The notes beneath the pieces were generated by a model. The model did not search any database. It was not told where the DNA came from and worked only from the letters and a program-made list of their open reading frames with translations. The translations under genes and the position numbers were made by a program. DNA of 64,000 nt from contig OX597815.1 of assembly GCA_951406725.2 (NCBI GenBank), positions 194,494,001 through 194,558,000 on the forward strand, written 5' to 3'. This DNA is from Octopus vulgaris (lineage: Eukaryota). Positions 1 to 13,261 of the stretch are shown here, piece after piece (the first letter of the stretch is position 1; each line of letters begins with the position of its first letter).

Positions 1-18
1 TATGTTTTATTTCTTTTA

Positions 19-57
<39 letters not shown>

Positions 58-224
58 CAATATAATGTAAACAGCTAGCATAATATAATACCATCAAGGA
101 AAAATTCTATTGTCTCTAATTGTGAGTGAGTGTGCTGAAGCACCTATATTGCAATTTTGTTTCTGGCAATATAGGTTCTTCGGCCCCCACCTTCCTCACA
201 AGTAATGACGATAACATTTTTTCC

Positions 225-276
<52 letters not shown>

Positions 277-394
277 TCGTTACATGTGGCAAAAACAATA
301 CCAGTTGGAAGACAGTAGCAATCTGTATATCATACCTAAAGCAGATGCATTGTTCAGCTTAAAGTATAATATACAGATTACCATTATATGTGTG

Positions 395-428
<34 letters not shown>

Positions 429-711
429 TATGTATGTATGAAGAGTGAGGAAGAGAAAGAGAGAGAGAGACAATGTGAGCGGAAGAATTTTGCTGTACTG
501 AATTATTTATTCTAACAATAGCTTAATTATAAAGGGAGATATGCAAAGAACAAGGTCCGACAGCACCCATTTAAAACTTTCTATGTGTTCAACTAACCTG
601 TTAAAAATACCAGATCCCCAAAGCCTGAAAGTTAAGTCTGTCACTAAAGAAAAGAAAGAAACGGAAGCATGCGTCGGATTTAGTAATTTTAAATATACTA
701 TACATGATTAG

Positions 712-999
712 GTGGAGTTGCCCAGTGGTTAGAGCAGCGGCTCGCGGTCGAGGGATCGCGGGTTCGATTCTCAGACCGAGCGATGTGTGTGTTTATGAGC
801 GAAACACCTAAGCTCCACGCGGCTACGGCAGAAGGTAATGGCGAACTTCTACTGACTCTTTCGCCACAACTTCTTCTGACTCTTTCTTCCTGCATCTTGC
901 AGCTCACCTGCGACGGACCTGCGTCCCGTCCAGGTGGGGAACCTATACGCCAAGGAAACCGAGAAACCGGCCCCTATGAGCCAGGAAGGAACAAACAGC
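712..999 (+). mobile_element. tRNA-derived SINE, family A, tail variant A1, full length
   Basis: A-box-like TGCCCAGTGG and B-box GGTTCGATTC head; 12-bp TSD ATACATGATTAG at 700-711 and 1000-1011; homologous to 3706-4006 and 4764-5057. Confidence 0.9.
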
Positions 1000-2305
1000 A
1001 TACATGATTAGAACGATTTTGAGGATACTTTCATTGTTGCTGAGTAGGTTTGGGCCTAAACAAGGAGATTACATAACAGAAAAAACTTTATAACACGCTT
1101 TTATACATATTTCTCGTTAGCCAGCTCTTAGCTTGCCTCTTAATTCTCTTAACCATCATAAATTTGCCTTAATGATGCACAGGTACACCAGACAGATTGG
1201 TAATGTAATGTAATGATGCTTACAGCCTAATTTTAGATGTAAACATTTGCAGACAAGACATAAATGAATTTTCTGTGAATTAAAAATGGGCTTGGTAATA
1301 ACATTAGTCAAAGTTTGTGTAATATATGTGAATGTGTTCTTCAGTTCTCTTATCCAATTATTTACTAAGGCGATAGGAAAAACAGACGAAATCGATATAC
1401 GTAGAAAAATACTTATAGAAGCGGCCAGGAGAGTAGAGACACTTGAAAACGTTACCTTTCATATTTTTGCGTTCAATAAAATAGAAATTTATACTATATA
1501 TATACAAAGTTCTAATTCATCCTTAATATATTTCCTTCTATAAAAGGGCAATTTCGCGTCTGTATAACAAATAAAGGTAAAAGGAACCAGAGACATATAA
1601 CCGCCTGAAAAACAAGTCTGTCGGACGAAGTGGTTTATAGTATTTACTGCATCTAAATTGGCTCAAATGGACCTCTGGGGCGTATTTTATTTGCTATCTT
1701 TCTATTGTCGATAAAATAAGTAGATTATTTTGACTCTTTCCCTGCTTTCTAGAATCTATCCTGTTTAACTAGCAAAATCAATAAAAGAGAGTATAAACAG
1801 TAATTGCTGTCGTAAGAAACAACACACGGTACTATAAAAATTACTTTAAACTGAAATCGTATCTCATAAAACAAAAGAAAAGAACAGAACTTAAAATAAA
1901 ACTTTGACGAAGTTTACGAGATGTACTTCGCTAAGAGCGGAAACGAAAAGTAATCAATAATAACAGTATTGTCTTTTATTTTCGGATCATTCTCTATATA
2001 TGGCGTCACTTTCTTCTGTTAATTTGAACAAATATGTTTTTGTAGAAAAATAGTAGTTATGAATGAAACTGAAGGAAACGGTCTTTTTGTGTTCAGTAGT
2101 TTGTTTTTTTCCCCCGCTTCTCTTGTTCATTATAACTCTCTTTTCAGTCAATGGCTGCAAAGACATTACGAATGACTGAAACAGAGTGCAATAAAAATAC
2201 ACATTATTCGTTTTCAAGTATGTTTGAAGTAGGTTTCATAAAATATATATTATGAAATAGCATTGTTGAAAGGAGACTGTGTGTGTGTGTGTCTATGTGT
2301 GTCTA

Positions 2306-2319
2306 TACATACATACAAA

Positions 2320-2404
<85 letters not shown>

Positions 2405-2794
2405 ATATATATGTGTATATATATGTGTGTATGTATATATGTTTGTATGTATGTATATATATATGTATGTATATATATATATATGTACATATATACATAC
2501 ATACAAACATACATACATACACACGTATATATACACATATATATACATATATATACACATATATATACACATATATATACACATATATATACACATATAT
2601 ATACACATATATATACACATATATACACACATATATACACACATATATACACATATATATACACATATATATACACATATATATACACATATATATACAC
2701 ATATATATACACATATATATATACACATATATACATATATATATATACACGTATATGTATATGTATATGTTTATGTCTATATGCACATATATAT
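2306..2794. repeat. Compound microsatellite (CT)n/(TA)n/(ATATATACAC-like)n
   Basis: Directly visible; source of the overlapping YI/HT ORFs. Confidence 0.97.
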
Positions 2795-3705
2795 AGGGTG
2801 TGATGAGTAAATTGTCGCCATTTTATATTTTTAATTTCGCGCATGCGTATTGTTTGTTTTTGGTTGGTTTTGCTGACTACTCAGTATAGTTGTGCACTGT
2901 CTGTGAGAAAAACAGTAACATGACGAAATTCATTCCACCAGAAATTTGGAAACGACATGCTGTACTGCTTGACATTTGCGCCGGAAGCTCCAATACGAAC
3001 ATTTCAGAATGTTTGGGTTTCAATCTGAGGACAGTGCAGAGGATTCGGAAAGAGTTGGATGAGTCTAATAGTGATTACTAAGATACGGCAGCTCGGAAAA
3101 TTCACTCCGATCATTCTGATAAGAAAAGAACTCCTGAATTTGTTGGTGAGATTCAGGCCATGATTGACAACGATCCCTCCAAATCAATCAGGTCCATCAC
3201 CAAGTGTTTGAGTTTCTTGTGAGGCAGATATTACATGAAGACATTCAGTATTCCTCATACAAGATGAAAAAGGGGCAATTTATATCTCAAATCATTAAGG
3301 ACCAGAGGAAAGACTGCGCTACGAAGCTTTTGAGCAAAGTCAAGGATCCCCCCTCCAACCGAACATGCTTTGGTTTTTCTCACACGAGAAAAAAATTCTG
3401 CCAGGATAAGATGGCGAACACAGAACAACCGTTGGATGTGCGTATCTCCAAAACATGTACAGAGAGTGATAAAAATCTAACATCCAGTCAACATCATGGT
3501 ATTTGGAATGATCACTAGTGATGATGACGTTATGCCTCCATTCATCTTTCCACACGGCCTCACACTCAACATAGTTGCCTATATCAAACTAGTGCTTCCC
3601 TGGGTCAAGAGAGGGGTTGCTGGAAAATCCAATGTCTGGCAACACGACTCAGTACCATGCTACACAAGCAGGAGAACCCAGTCATAGTTGTCAGACAATT
3701 TCTGT
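2795..3705 (+). mobile_element. Decayed Tc1/mariner-superfamily (maT/DD37D-like) transposase, 3' part cut off at a SINE
   Basis: Frameshifted ORFs: HTH-like ISECLGFNLRTVQRIRK; MVFGMITSDDDVMPPFIFPHGL; WQHDSVPCYTSRRTQS*LSDNF (cf. WQQDSAPxH..TQxWL). Begins at the TA repeat. Confidence 0.8.
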
Positions 3706-4006
3706 TCGTTTCTTCTCGAGCCATGCCTGGCTCATAAGGGCCTGTTTCTCGGTTTCCTTGGCGTATAGGTACCCCACTTTGACGGGACACAGGTCCGTCG
3801 CAGGTGAGCTGCAAGATGTAGGAGGAGAGAGAGTGAGAGAAAGTTGTGGCGAAAGAGTCAGCAGAAGTTCTCTATTACCTTCTGCCGGAGCCGTGTGGAG
3901 CTTAGGTGTTTCACTCATAAACACATACATCACCCGGTCTGAGATTTGAATCCGCAATCCCTCGATCGCGTGTCCGCTGCTCTAACCACTAGACCATGTG
4001 CATCCA
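3706..4006 (-). mobile_element. SINE family A (A1)
   Basis: Reverse-complement match to 712-999 including the tRNA-like head. Confidence 0.9.
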
Positions 4007-4107
4007 CAACAACAACAATAATAATAATAATAATAATCATTATTATTATTGGTTTATGCCTGTGTTTTTGTCATCGTTAAGCATTTTTTATGCCAGCCTA
4101 AAATATT

Positions 4108-4140
<33 letters not shown>

Positions 4141-4174
4141 TATATATATATATATATATATAGATATATATAAA

Positions 4175-4436
4175 GAGCCGCAATTGTTCAGTATCCTTCC
4201 AGACAACCTTAGATATCTTATTGGTGTTGATGTGGAAGTTTTCAAGGAACGTCTGGACAGATTTCTGTCAGATACCAGATCAACCCACATCGCGGCAGGA
4301 GACGCATAGAAGAACAGCTCCGTCCAACTCGCTACTTCACCAAAAACAATATCGGAAACAACACCAAGTAACTACAGGTGTTGCTCCAGCATAACCTCAG
4401 CCCCGAGCTGAAACCAGTAAAAAGATAAAAGATAAA
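4175..4436 (+). mobile_element. 3' end of non-LTR retrotransposon (CR1/L2-group-like, clade uncertain)
   Basis: PQLFSILPDNLRYLIGVDVEVFKERLDRFLS resembles the F..LP...FK..LD.FL ORF2 C-terminus; 3' tail GCTCCAGCAT...GAGCTGAAAC plus (GATAAAA)n; same family as 24411-24615. Confidence 0.75.
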
Positions 4437-4763
4437 ATATATATAATCTGAAAATATATCATTACATAATTTTATATAGTTTGATAATAAATCATTAGTA
4501 ATTGAGCATAACATCTCTAATTACGATGGGAGACATAATTAAATATCGTTTATACCATCATTAAATATCTATATAGTCACTAATAGCGTAATGTAAAACG
4601 CCGCGAAATGTATTTTGTTGTTATTGGAAGCGGTATCCAGCGATGCCTGCGTATCGTATTAAATTATTATGAGATAAAATTAGTCCGTATATATATATAT
4701 CTATCATATCTTGCTAACGCGTTAAAATCTCTCCTGTTGATTTGTTAGCTTATCATTCATATT

Positions 4764-5057
4764 TTGTTGTTTGTTTCTTCTCGAATCATTCCTGGCTCAA
4801 TTAGGGCCGGTTTCCCGGTTTCTTGGCGTGTAGGTTCCCCCACCTGAACGGGACGCCTGCAAGATGCAGGAGGAAAGAGTGAGAGAAAGTAGTTGCGGCG
4901 AAAGAGTCAGCAGAAGTTTCGCCATTACCTTCTGCCGAAACCGTATGGAACTTAGGTGTTTCACCCATAAACACACACATCGCCCGGTCTGAGATTCGAA
5001 CCCGCGATCCATCGACCACGAGTCCGCTGCTCTTACCACTAGGCCATGTGCTTCCAC
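4764..5057 (-). mobile_element. SINE family A (A1)
   Basis: Homologous to 712-999. Confidence 0.88.
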
Positions 5058-5227
5058 TCATCAATTCACATAGACATACATAAGAGGCTACACTTATGTT
5101 GTTGATCTCGAGAGGCTGAAAAGCAAAGACAACCATGGCCTCATTTGAACTCGGACATAAAACCGGAAGAAATGCCACAAGCTGAATTTTATTGCATGTT
5201 AAAGGTTCTGCCGGATCACCACCTATA

Positions 5228-5622
5228 CTCTTTTACTTGTTTCAGTCATTTGAATGTGGCCATGCTGGAGCACCACCTTTAGTCGAGCAAATCTAGCCCA
5301 GGACTTATTCTTTGTAAGCCTAGTACTTATTCTATCGGTCTCTTTTGCCGAACCACTAAGTTAGGGGGACGTAAACACACCAACATCGGTTGTCAAGCAA
5401 TGTTGGGGGACAAACACAAACATATACACACACACAGACATACACACACATCTATACATATATACGACGGGTTTCTTTCAGTTTCCGTCTACTAAATCCA
5501 CTCGTAAGGCTTTAGTCGGCCCGAGGCTATAGTGGAAGACATTTGCCCAAGGTGCCACGCAGTGGGACTGAACCCGGAACCATGTGCTTGGTAAGCAAGC
5601 TACTTACCATACAGCCACTCCT
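5228..5622 (-). mobile_element. SINE family B (tRNA head, CORE-like CACCTTGGGCAAGTG segment, internal microsatellite)
   Basis: About ten near-complete copies in the window. Confidence 0.9.
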
Positions 5623-5879
5623 ATGTTGACATAATGAAAGTATTTTAGTTTATTTACCTTACTGGTCTTGTTGTATCCTGGGGGGAGGGGATCCACCACA
5701 CAAATAATAATAACACAAGCGCTGGTTCAACATCACTTCTTTATTCTTAGTCTATTGGTTAAATAACCAACTAACAAATCGTTCGCTTATTTAATGTGTT
5801 GCTTAAACAACCAATCTGCTGTTTGTTAGTCGAAGCTCTTTAGTCACATTTTTCGCGACCCTTTTAGTGACTTTCATCT

Positions 5880-6105
5880 CCTTGTGAGAAGTAAGGAAAT
5901 AAGAAACGTTAGCATGCCGGGCGAAATGCTTAGCGGTATTTCGTCTGTCTTTACATTCTGAGTTCAAATTTCGCCGAGGTTGACTTCGCTTTTCATCCTT
6001 TCGAAGTCGATAAATTAAGTACCAGTTGTTTACTGGGGTCCATGAAATCGACTGGCTCCTCCCTCCCCCAAAATTTCGGGCCTTGTGCCTAGAGTAGAAA
6101 AGAGT
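5880..6105 (+). mobile_element. SINE family C with alternative tail (ii)
   Basis: GTTAGCATGCCGGGCGAAATGCTTAGC head, TTTCATCCTTTCG..GTCGATAAA body, tail AAAATTTCGGGCCTTGTGCCTAGAGTAGAAAAG. Confidence 0.85.
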
Positions 6106-6240
6106 ATTATTCTGTTCCGGTAGACTTTCCCTTTTGGGGTTGATCGCCAGTACTCCTCCCCCTTCTCTCCATCTATGTCTCTCTCTTCTTGAGTTTTTTT
6201 CGTTCTCAGTTTCTTTTTCTATTCGACTATTCCAGTGAAA

Positions 6241-6276
<36 letters not shown>

Positions 6277-7930
6277 AGAGGGAAAGAGAAGAGAGAGAGA
6301 GAGAGTTGGTGTAAAAGATTAAAGATAGAGCGAAGGAGGAAGAATAAATATAAGATTGACGTCACACAAACAGATTTCCGATTCTTTTATATAATAACAT
6401 TTCCACTCCATTCTAACTTTTTGCGTTTCTACTTCTTACAAACTGTATGCCATTCCAGTTGATTTTCTTCTTTGTCGCCCTTCTTGAAAGACAGCAGAAC
6501 TTAGTATAAAGGATACTTGGTTGTTTTTTGTCAAAATATGCTACAAAATTTTTCCATGTAAGATGGCGAATAATAACATATATGGTTCTGTGAATGTTCG
6601 TTTTGTAGCTTTTGTATAAAAGGGAAGCATAAATACAGACGATTCGCATTTAAATAGAGAGATTAAGTATTGGCTACGTTGATTTCTATCGAAGGCACCA
6701 AGCCACCCGTTTTAAAGAAAGATATAGTTTTCATCAATACTCTGTGTCCTTCAGGGGTACTTTATTTTATCGAGCCCGACAGGGTCGATTGAATAACTCC
6801 CAACCTTAGATGTCGTATTGTTGCATAAGTTAATACACGTGACCATTAAATATCATTGTATATTGTTGCTAAATATCTGTTCGGTGCTATTTGTATAGAA
6901 ACATTTATCACGAATGACACATTACATTTCCGTTTCAGACGTTGTCCATAATAGACTAAGATTTATGGGGTTAATAGACGGCTGAAGTAAAAGATATTAT
7001 GTAATATTCATACGTCTTTCAATGTAGTAATAAGTGCGTAAATAAGCTGACTAATAATAACGATATGAAAATGGTGAAAATCTCTACTATTGTCACCTTT
7101 CCTAACTAAACAAGTCAAGGCGACTATTTTGCTGAAGTAATAAACCAATAAGCTTGTTAATTTCTTTTCTGAAGATAAGAAATTGAAAGTGTAAAGCAGA
7201 GAAGGAAAGAAGGAGAGAGGAAATTAAGGAGAGATAGGAAGAGGGATGCGAAGGTTAAGAAATGAGTTCATTGACCACAAAACCTTCAGAGGATGGTGTT
7301 TTGCTAGCAAGTATGTAATTATTTTAGTAAGTAGTAAGTGATAAGTATTAAGTAAATAGATAATGTTTAAATAAATAAGTTAATTAAGACATTGAGTTGT
7401 CAGAGCTTAGATTTTCAGATAGAATGCTCTGCAGTATTTTTTTCTGACTTTTTGCTCTCCGGAGAATATTTCAAAATAATTTTTTTTAAAATCTTTATTT
7501 CCACTTCCGTAGAAAAAAGTATGATGGACGGTGTTACAGTTACTTCATGACAATCTCATTACTTAAATATCAAGCACTATTTTGTTTGGAAAAATAAAAT
7601 GCGGTCGGGAAATTTGTCTGGGGTTTTCAGTAGGTTGAGCAACCCTATGTTAGCTCCCTGTTTAACGAAATTATCACTGAACAGATCTTTCTTATTCTCA
7701 CTCTCTTCCCTTCTGTTTTACGCTTTCAGTTTATATCTTCAGAGCGGGTGGCTGAACTAACAGGCTTTTCTTTCTGTAGATAAAATACTAGTAAATTGAT
7801 ATTGTGAAACTTTTATTCCTACTAGCCATCACAGCTTAGCCAACGTTTCACTGGCTCAAAGATAGAAGGATCAAAAGGATGTTTAACTTAGCTTGCGACT
7901 ACATGGGGACCTTCAACAAAAAGAGTAAAG

Positions 7931-8176
7931 TTCCTTCTCGAGTCATATAGACTCAGAAGAGCCGGTCTCCCGGTTTCCATGGCGTATAAATTCCCCACCT
8001 GAAAAGGGACGCCGGTCCGTCACAGGATGACTCACTTTTATCACCTGAATGGACTGGAGCAACAGAGAATGAAGCGTTTTGCTGACGAACACAACGCGTC
8101 ATCCGATCCAGGGTCGAAACCACAATCTTACGATTATGAGTCCAACAACCGAACCACTAAGCCATGCGTCTCCACA
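7931..8176 (-). mobile_element. SINE family E (tRNA head, CORE-like domain, A1-type tail)
   Basis: Homologous to 40359-40560; tail shared with A1 copies. Confidence 0.75.
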
Positions 8177-8289
8177 CCTACAGCAATTGGAACCTCAGAC
8201 AAGCAAAAGCTTGTTCTATGGTGATACAATGACATATTCGATAACGATAGACGGCCCTATTTTTTTAATTATATAATTAAGTTCACCTT

Positions 8290-8780
8290 CAGCACATCCT
8301 TCACCAAGACAAGGCAACTCGCGCCAATCTCTTCAGCAGCACTGTCTTGCCTGCAATGCTATACGCATGTGAGACTTGGGCCTTGGCGACGAGAGAACAA
8401 CATCTACTTACAGCTCAGAGAGCCATGGAAAGGTCGATGTGGGGAATCTCACTAAGAGTCACATCCGTAACGAGGTGATCGGGAATAGAACAGGAGTGAA
8501 GGATATCGCCGCAGAATATCACCACGCAAAGCTACGATGGGCCGGTCATGTCGCGAGGTTCACAGACAATCGGTGGAGCCGTGCAGTTACCGAGTGGTAC
8601 CCGCACGAGCAGAAGAGATCACTTGGAAGACCTCCAATCAGGAGGGAAGAAGATTTAAGAAAGATGTTTGGAACAACGTGGATGAGAATGGTGAGAGTAC
8701 GAGGGGAACGGAGAGAATGCTGTGGCCAGCGGAGCTGACTCGGCACTAGGCAGCTTGGCCGACCCAGCTGCTCCAGGTGA
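8290..8780 (+). mobile_element. RTE-clade LINE 3' fragment
   Basis: FSSTVLPAMLYACETWAL and HIRNEVI..TGVKDI...KLRWAGHVAR..DNRW....EWYP...KRSLGRPP motifs, frameshifted. Confidence 0.88.
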
Positions 8781-8865
8781 TAATTAAATTAGGAAGTAAT
8801 GAGTTAGCAAGTATGCCAAGAATAAATATATTAGAATATATGAAAGAAATATGTATTCAATAACC

Positions 8866-9279
8866 TATTTCTTTACTACCCACAAGGGGCTAAACACAGA
8901 GGGGACAAACAAGGACAGACAGGTATTAAGTCGATTACATCGACCCCAGTGCGTATCTGGTACTTAATTTATCGACCCCGAAAGGATGAAAGGCAAAGTC
9001 GACCTCGACGGAATTTGAACTCACAACGTAACGCAGACGAAATACCTATTTCTTTACTACCCACAAGGGGCTAAACACAGAGGGGACAAACAAGGACAGA
9101 CATAGGTATTAAGTCGATTACATTGACCCCAGTGCGTAACTGGTACTTAATTTATCGACCCCCGAAAGGATGAAAGGCAAAGTCGACCTCGGCGGAATTT
9201 GAACTCACAACATAACGCAGACGAAATACCGCTAAGCATTTCACCCGGCGTGCTAACCTTTCTGCCAGCTCGCCGCCTT
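8866..9279 (-). mobile_element. SINE family C head-to-tail dimer
   Basis: Two ~180-bp bodies and one full head; 14-bp TSD TGTATTCAATAACC at 8852-8865 and 9280-9293. Confidence 0.92.
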
Positions 9280-9294
9280 TGTATTCAATAACCG

Positions 9295-9450
9295 GCAATC
9301 AACCGAACAGCTTGCTTGTAAAACTGACGTGCAAGTGGTTGAACACTTCACGGGCACGTGTGCATTTAACGTAATTCCCAGGGAGAGTCAGCTTGACACA
9401 GAATATGACAAAGCTGGTCCCATGAAATACAGGTACTACTCATTTTTGCC
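9295..9450 (-). mobile_element. Fragment of SINE A2-type tail
   Basis: Similar to 16890-17045 and, in reverse, 43260-43420. Confidence 0.6.
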
Positions 9451-9672
9451 AGCTGAATGTATTTAATATATATGTAATATAATGTATTATGTGCATGTAT
9501 TTATAAGCAGTACTTAACCATGTAAGTATGAAATAAGTAAGTTTACTGTTAAGAAAAAACAACGTTATTTGCACCTTGTTCAGCGAAATCTGAAACGATT
9601 CTTCTATGACGTACATTACATTCAACAACACATTTTGCGTCTGAATCTGCCCAGATATGTTTTAAATAAATA

Positions 9673-10266
9673 CCGTAAATCCTCGAGTATAATCCGCATT
9701 CCCCCCCCCAAAATCTAAAGGTCAAAATCCCTAGTGCGTACTATATACGAGGTTAAAAATGAAAATTATTTTCTAAGCAAAATTTTTCCAAAAATTTAAA
9801 GGTCAAAATCCCTGGTGCGTACTATATACGAGGTTAAAAATGAAAATTATTTTCTAAGCATCGTCCGAATCTGTATTTGCTGTCTGGCTATGTGTATTCA
9901 GACGCATTTTGTGATGTCGGGCGCGAAAATACCTTAAGCTAAGCCTGTAAGCAATGAAGTCATAAAAGAATCATCCATAACTTGCAGTAAGCAACATTTA
10001 TTAAACGTTATTACTGTTATTACTTTATTTTCTGCAAACAAAATGCACAAAAAAGCTACACGTTTGCATTATGTTATATATACAATAACAATAAAGGACG
10101 TTACCGTATACATTTTTACAAACTAAGGACGTTATATAGACCTCCTTGACTCAAGTTAGAGAAGAGGTGCGTATTATACACAAGGTTTAGGTTTTTCAGA
10201 GGTACAGTCCCCTAAAAATCCCCTGCGTATTATACTCAAGGGCGGACAATAATCGAGGATTTACGG
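9673..10266. mobile_element. Tc2/pogo-like MITE
   Basis: TIRs CCGTAAATCCTCGA..../....TCGAGGATTTACGG; TA on both flanks (9671-72, 10267-68); internal ~69-bp duplication (9711-9779, 9792-9860); repeated TGCGTA(C/T)TATA subterminal motifs. Confidence 0.85.
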
Positions 10267-10393
10267 TACGCAAATATTCGTTCCAGTTCTCACTGTACAT
10301 GGTGCAATAACGGTTTTCTATCGGTCGGAAGCTGTAAACATTGTTCAGCAAACAATTTGCTCGTTGAAATTATAGATAAGGTCAGAGGCTTCC

Positions 10394-10880
10394 TCTTCTT
10401 CTTCTCAGGACTCACGCCATTAGCCACAAAGAATAATCTCTAATTCGAGCCTACTCTAAGCTACTAAGAATGCGTGTGGCAACTTGAAGATCCACCCACC
10501 ACATTCGATAGACTGGCGGTTGCACGGGCGCAAAAGCTACGTTGTTATCCTCATTCAGTAAACGGTGGCTTTTAATGGGTGGGGAGCTGAACCATCCTGC
10601 GGTACAGAGGATTCGCAATCTAGACTAGGGTCTGAAAGTTTACCCCACCATAGTGGGTTACACCATAGTTCCTCTGATTTGTGGCAGAAGTAGGAAGAAA
10701 GAGTGAGAGAAAGTTGTGGTGAAAGAGTACAACGGGGTTCACCACCACCCCCGCCGGCTCCTCGTGGAGCTCAGGTGTTTTTTGTTCAATAAACACTCAC
10801 AATGCCCGGTCTGGGAATCGAAACCGCGTTCTTACGACCGCGAGTCCGCTGCCCTAACCACTGGGCCATTGCGCATCCAC
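10394..10880 (-). mobile_element. SINE family A, long tail variant A3
   Basis: Reverse complement of 47129-47613; (GAA)n end. Confidence 0.88.
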
Positions 10881-12399
10881 TGGTGTTGCTGTTGCTTCTG
10901 GCGGACGTGACACAACGAAACTCCAATGTCCTATATTACTGTTGTCGTAAAAGAGTGAAGTTAGTTTCCTCTGGCGTACACTACAACGACCAATATATTT
11001 TGTGTCTGAACATGCCTAGAACCTATACAAATAGTGGTAAGTAGATAAAAATATAAATTAGTAAATAATGTGAGTCATAAGTAATGATTAAGTTACTCGG
11101 TAAGTTAATAAACAAATAAATACGGAAGTAAAATTATTACGTTAGGAAAGGATTTAGTAAATAAAAAAGAAATCATGTTAGCAAATACATCAATAAGAAA
11201 GTAATTACATAAGTTTCTGCGTGGGTTAGGTAAAGAATAAGTTAGTATCTTGATCAAAGATGTAATTTTGCGAATAGCTACATAATAAATATGAAAGTAA
11301 GTTAGAAAGAAATTATGATAGTAATAAATGAAGGCAAGCAGCTATCATAAGAAATCAAACAAGGTTCACTAGAAACTGATATCTACTTACGTAGTGTTCG
11401 ACACGAATTTCACGGATATATCGATAGATTTTGCCGATTTGTAATACTAACGAAATCTAGATAAAACAGATTACATTTGTGTTCTAGTATAGTAAACCCA
11501 AATCAAGTAGTTTTCCTGAAGTAAATTCACTTAGATCACGTGGATATTGCACCAACAACAGAAGCCATTGAAAGCGATAACATGTGGGACATATAATTGC
11601 TATTGCCCTAAAAAAAGATTAACATTTATATCAGTGGTTATTATTATAGCTTATGTAATAGTATCCTTGAACAAAAAGAACAAAAGAAAGTGGATACAAA
11701 TAGTGTTTACCAAGATGAAACAAATGCAATTAGTATTTAGAAACTGAACATTTCAGACAAACAGCTTGAAAGATTGCGTCTGTGGAAATATATACAATCG
11801 ACTAAATACGAACCAGCTTTGTTACTCGGCCACCGAAATTTGGGAATAAAAAACAAGAACAAGACTAAAGTTATTTCTTTATTGCGAAACTAATAAATAT
11901 CAATGAAGTCAACGACAACAGCAATGATAATAATAATGGTTTTTTTTTAAATAATAAGAATTATTATAGGAATAAAAGGTAAAGAGCTCTAGCGGTAAAT
12001 AACCATGGCAACTAAAAGCAGACGCATGTAATACTTATGCGAACAAATATATTTCTAAACAGAACACACACTCAGGATGATAATTAGCATAGTGTTTGTT
12101 TATATATATATGTTCAAAATCACGCAGTAGGAGGGAGTGAGGGAAAGAGTAGTATGAGTGAAAGGAGAAGAGAGAAAATAGTAATTCGGTGAAGGAGAAG
12201 TAGTGAGAGTAATAGCCATGACTGGTAGGGAGTGAGAGAAAGTAATAGCAATGAGAGAGAGGAAATGGTAAAGAGAGCGTCGTGTTCACCACATGTCATT
12301 TAGGAGATGAAGTGAGAGTAATAGCTGTGATACAAACGCAGTTTGGAAATGTTTATATTGTTGTCATGTTTACACACACACACACTTATATATATACAC

Positions 12400-12819
12400 A
12401 ATTTATGAGTAAGGGCAAAAGAAAAAATTTCTAATGCCAAAATATGCCGAAAATAGACACAACCTCAATAACCATGTAATTTATCCCTACAAGCATGCGT
12501 TTCGAAGAAAGCCGACAGAAATTTCTAAAAAATCCCGTTATTACCATATCGGACCCGGTTTCTGCGTTAGTTTTACGAACCTTCCTTTCATCAGTGATGA
12601 ATGCGGCAAAGAAATAAGTGAAATACTTACTTATACCCATAGAAGAAGTGAACGCTAAGTCATGAGCACAACAAATATATCCAAAATAGAAACTCTCAAG
12701 CCCATCTCGAGACACACGTGCAATTCGAACTAAAAAAACTCTCGTAAAGTGAGAGAGTCCGGAAGTGAACACTATTAAATTAACATCTAATATAGGATAA
12801 AATTTTTCGAAAAAAATTC

Positions 12820-12820
<1 letters not shown>
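12400..12820. mobile_element. Probable Penelope-like element remnant with degenerate hammerhead (- strand 12488-12597)
   Basis: Microsatellite-flanked; minus strand CUGAUGA-stem-GAAAC; plus-strand peptide NLPFISDECGKEISEIL. Confidence 0.45.
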
Positions 12821-12864
<44 letters not shown>

Positions 12865-13233
12865 CTTTTACTTGTTTCAGTCATTTGACTGCGGCCATGC
12901 TGGAGCACCGCCTTTAGTCGAGCAAATCGACCCCGGGACTTATTCTTTGTAAGCCCAGTACTTATTCTATCGGTCTCTTTTGACAGGGGCGTAAACACAC
13001 CAGCATCGGTTGTCAAGCAATGCTAAGGGGACAAACACAGACACACAAACACTTATATATATATATACACATATATACGACAGGCTTCTTTCAGTTTCCG
13101 TCTACCAAATCAAGGCATTGGTCGGCCCGGGGCTATAGCAAAAGACACTTGCCCAAGATGCCACGCAGTGGGACTGAACCCGGAACCATGTGGTTGGTTA
13201 GCAAGCTACTTACCACACAGCCACTCCTGCGCC
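12865..13233 (-). mobile_element. SINE family B
   Basis: Homology to other B copies; sits within (TA)n. Confidence 0.9.
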
Positions 13234-13261
13234 TAATATATATATATATATATATATATAA

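Noticed and set aside
2250-2844. Long YI/HT/CV ORFs (also 23.1, 51.6-54.1 kb)
   Set aside because: Stop-free reading of dinucleotide and tetranucleotide microsatellites
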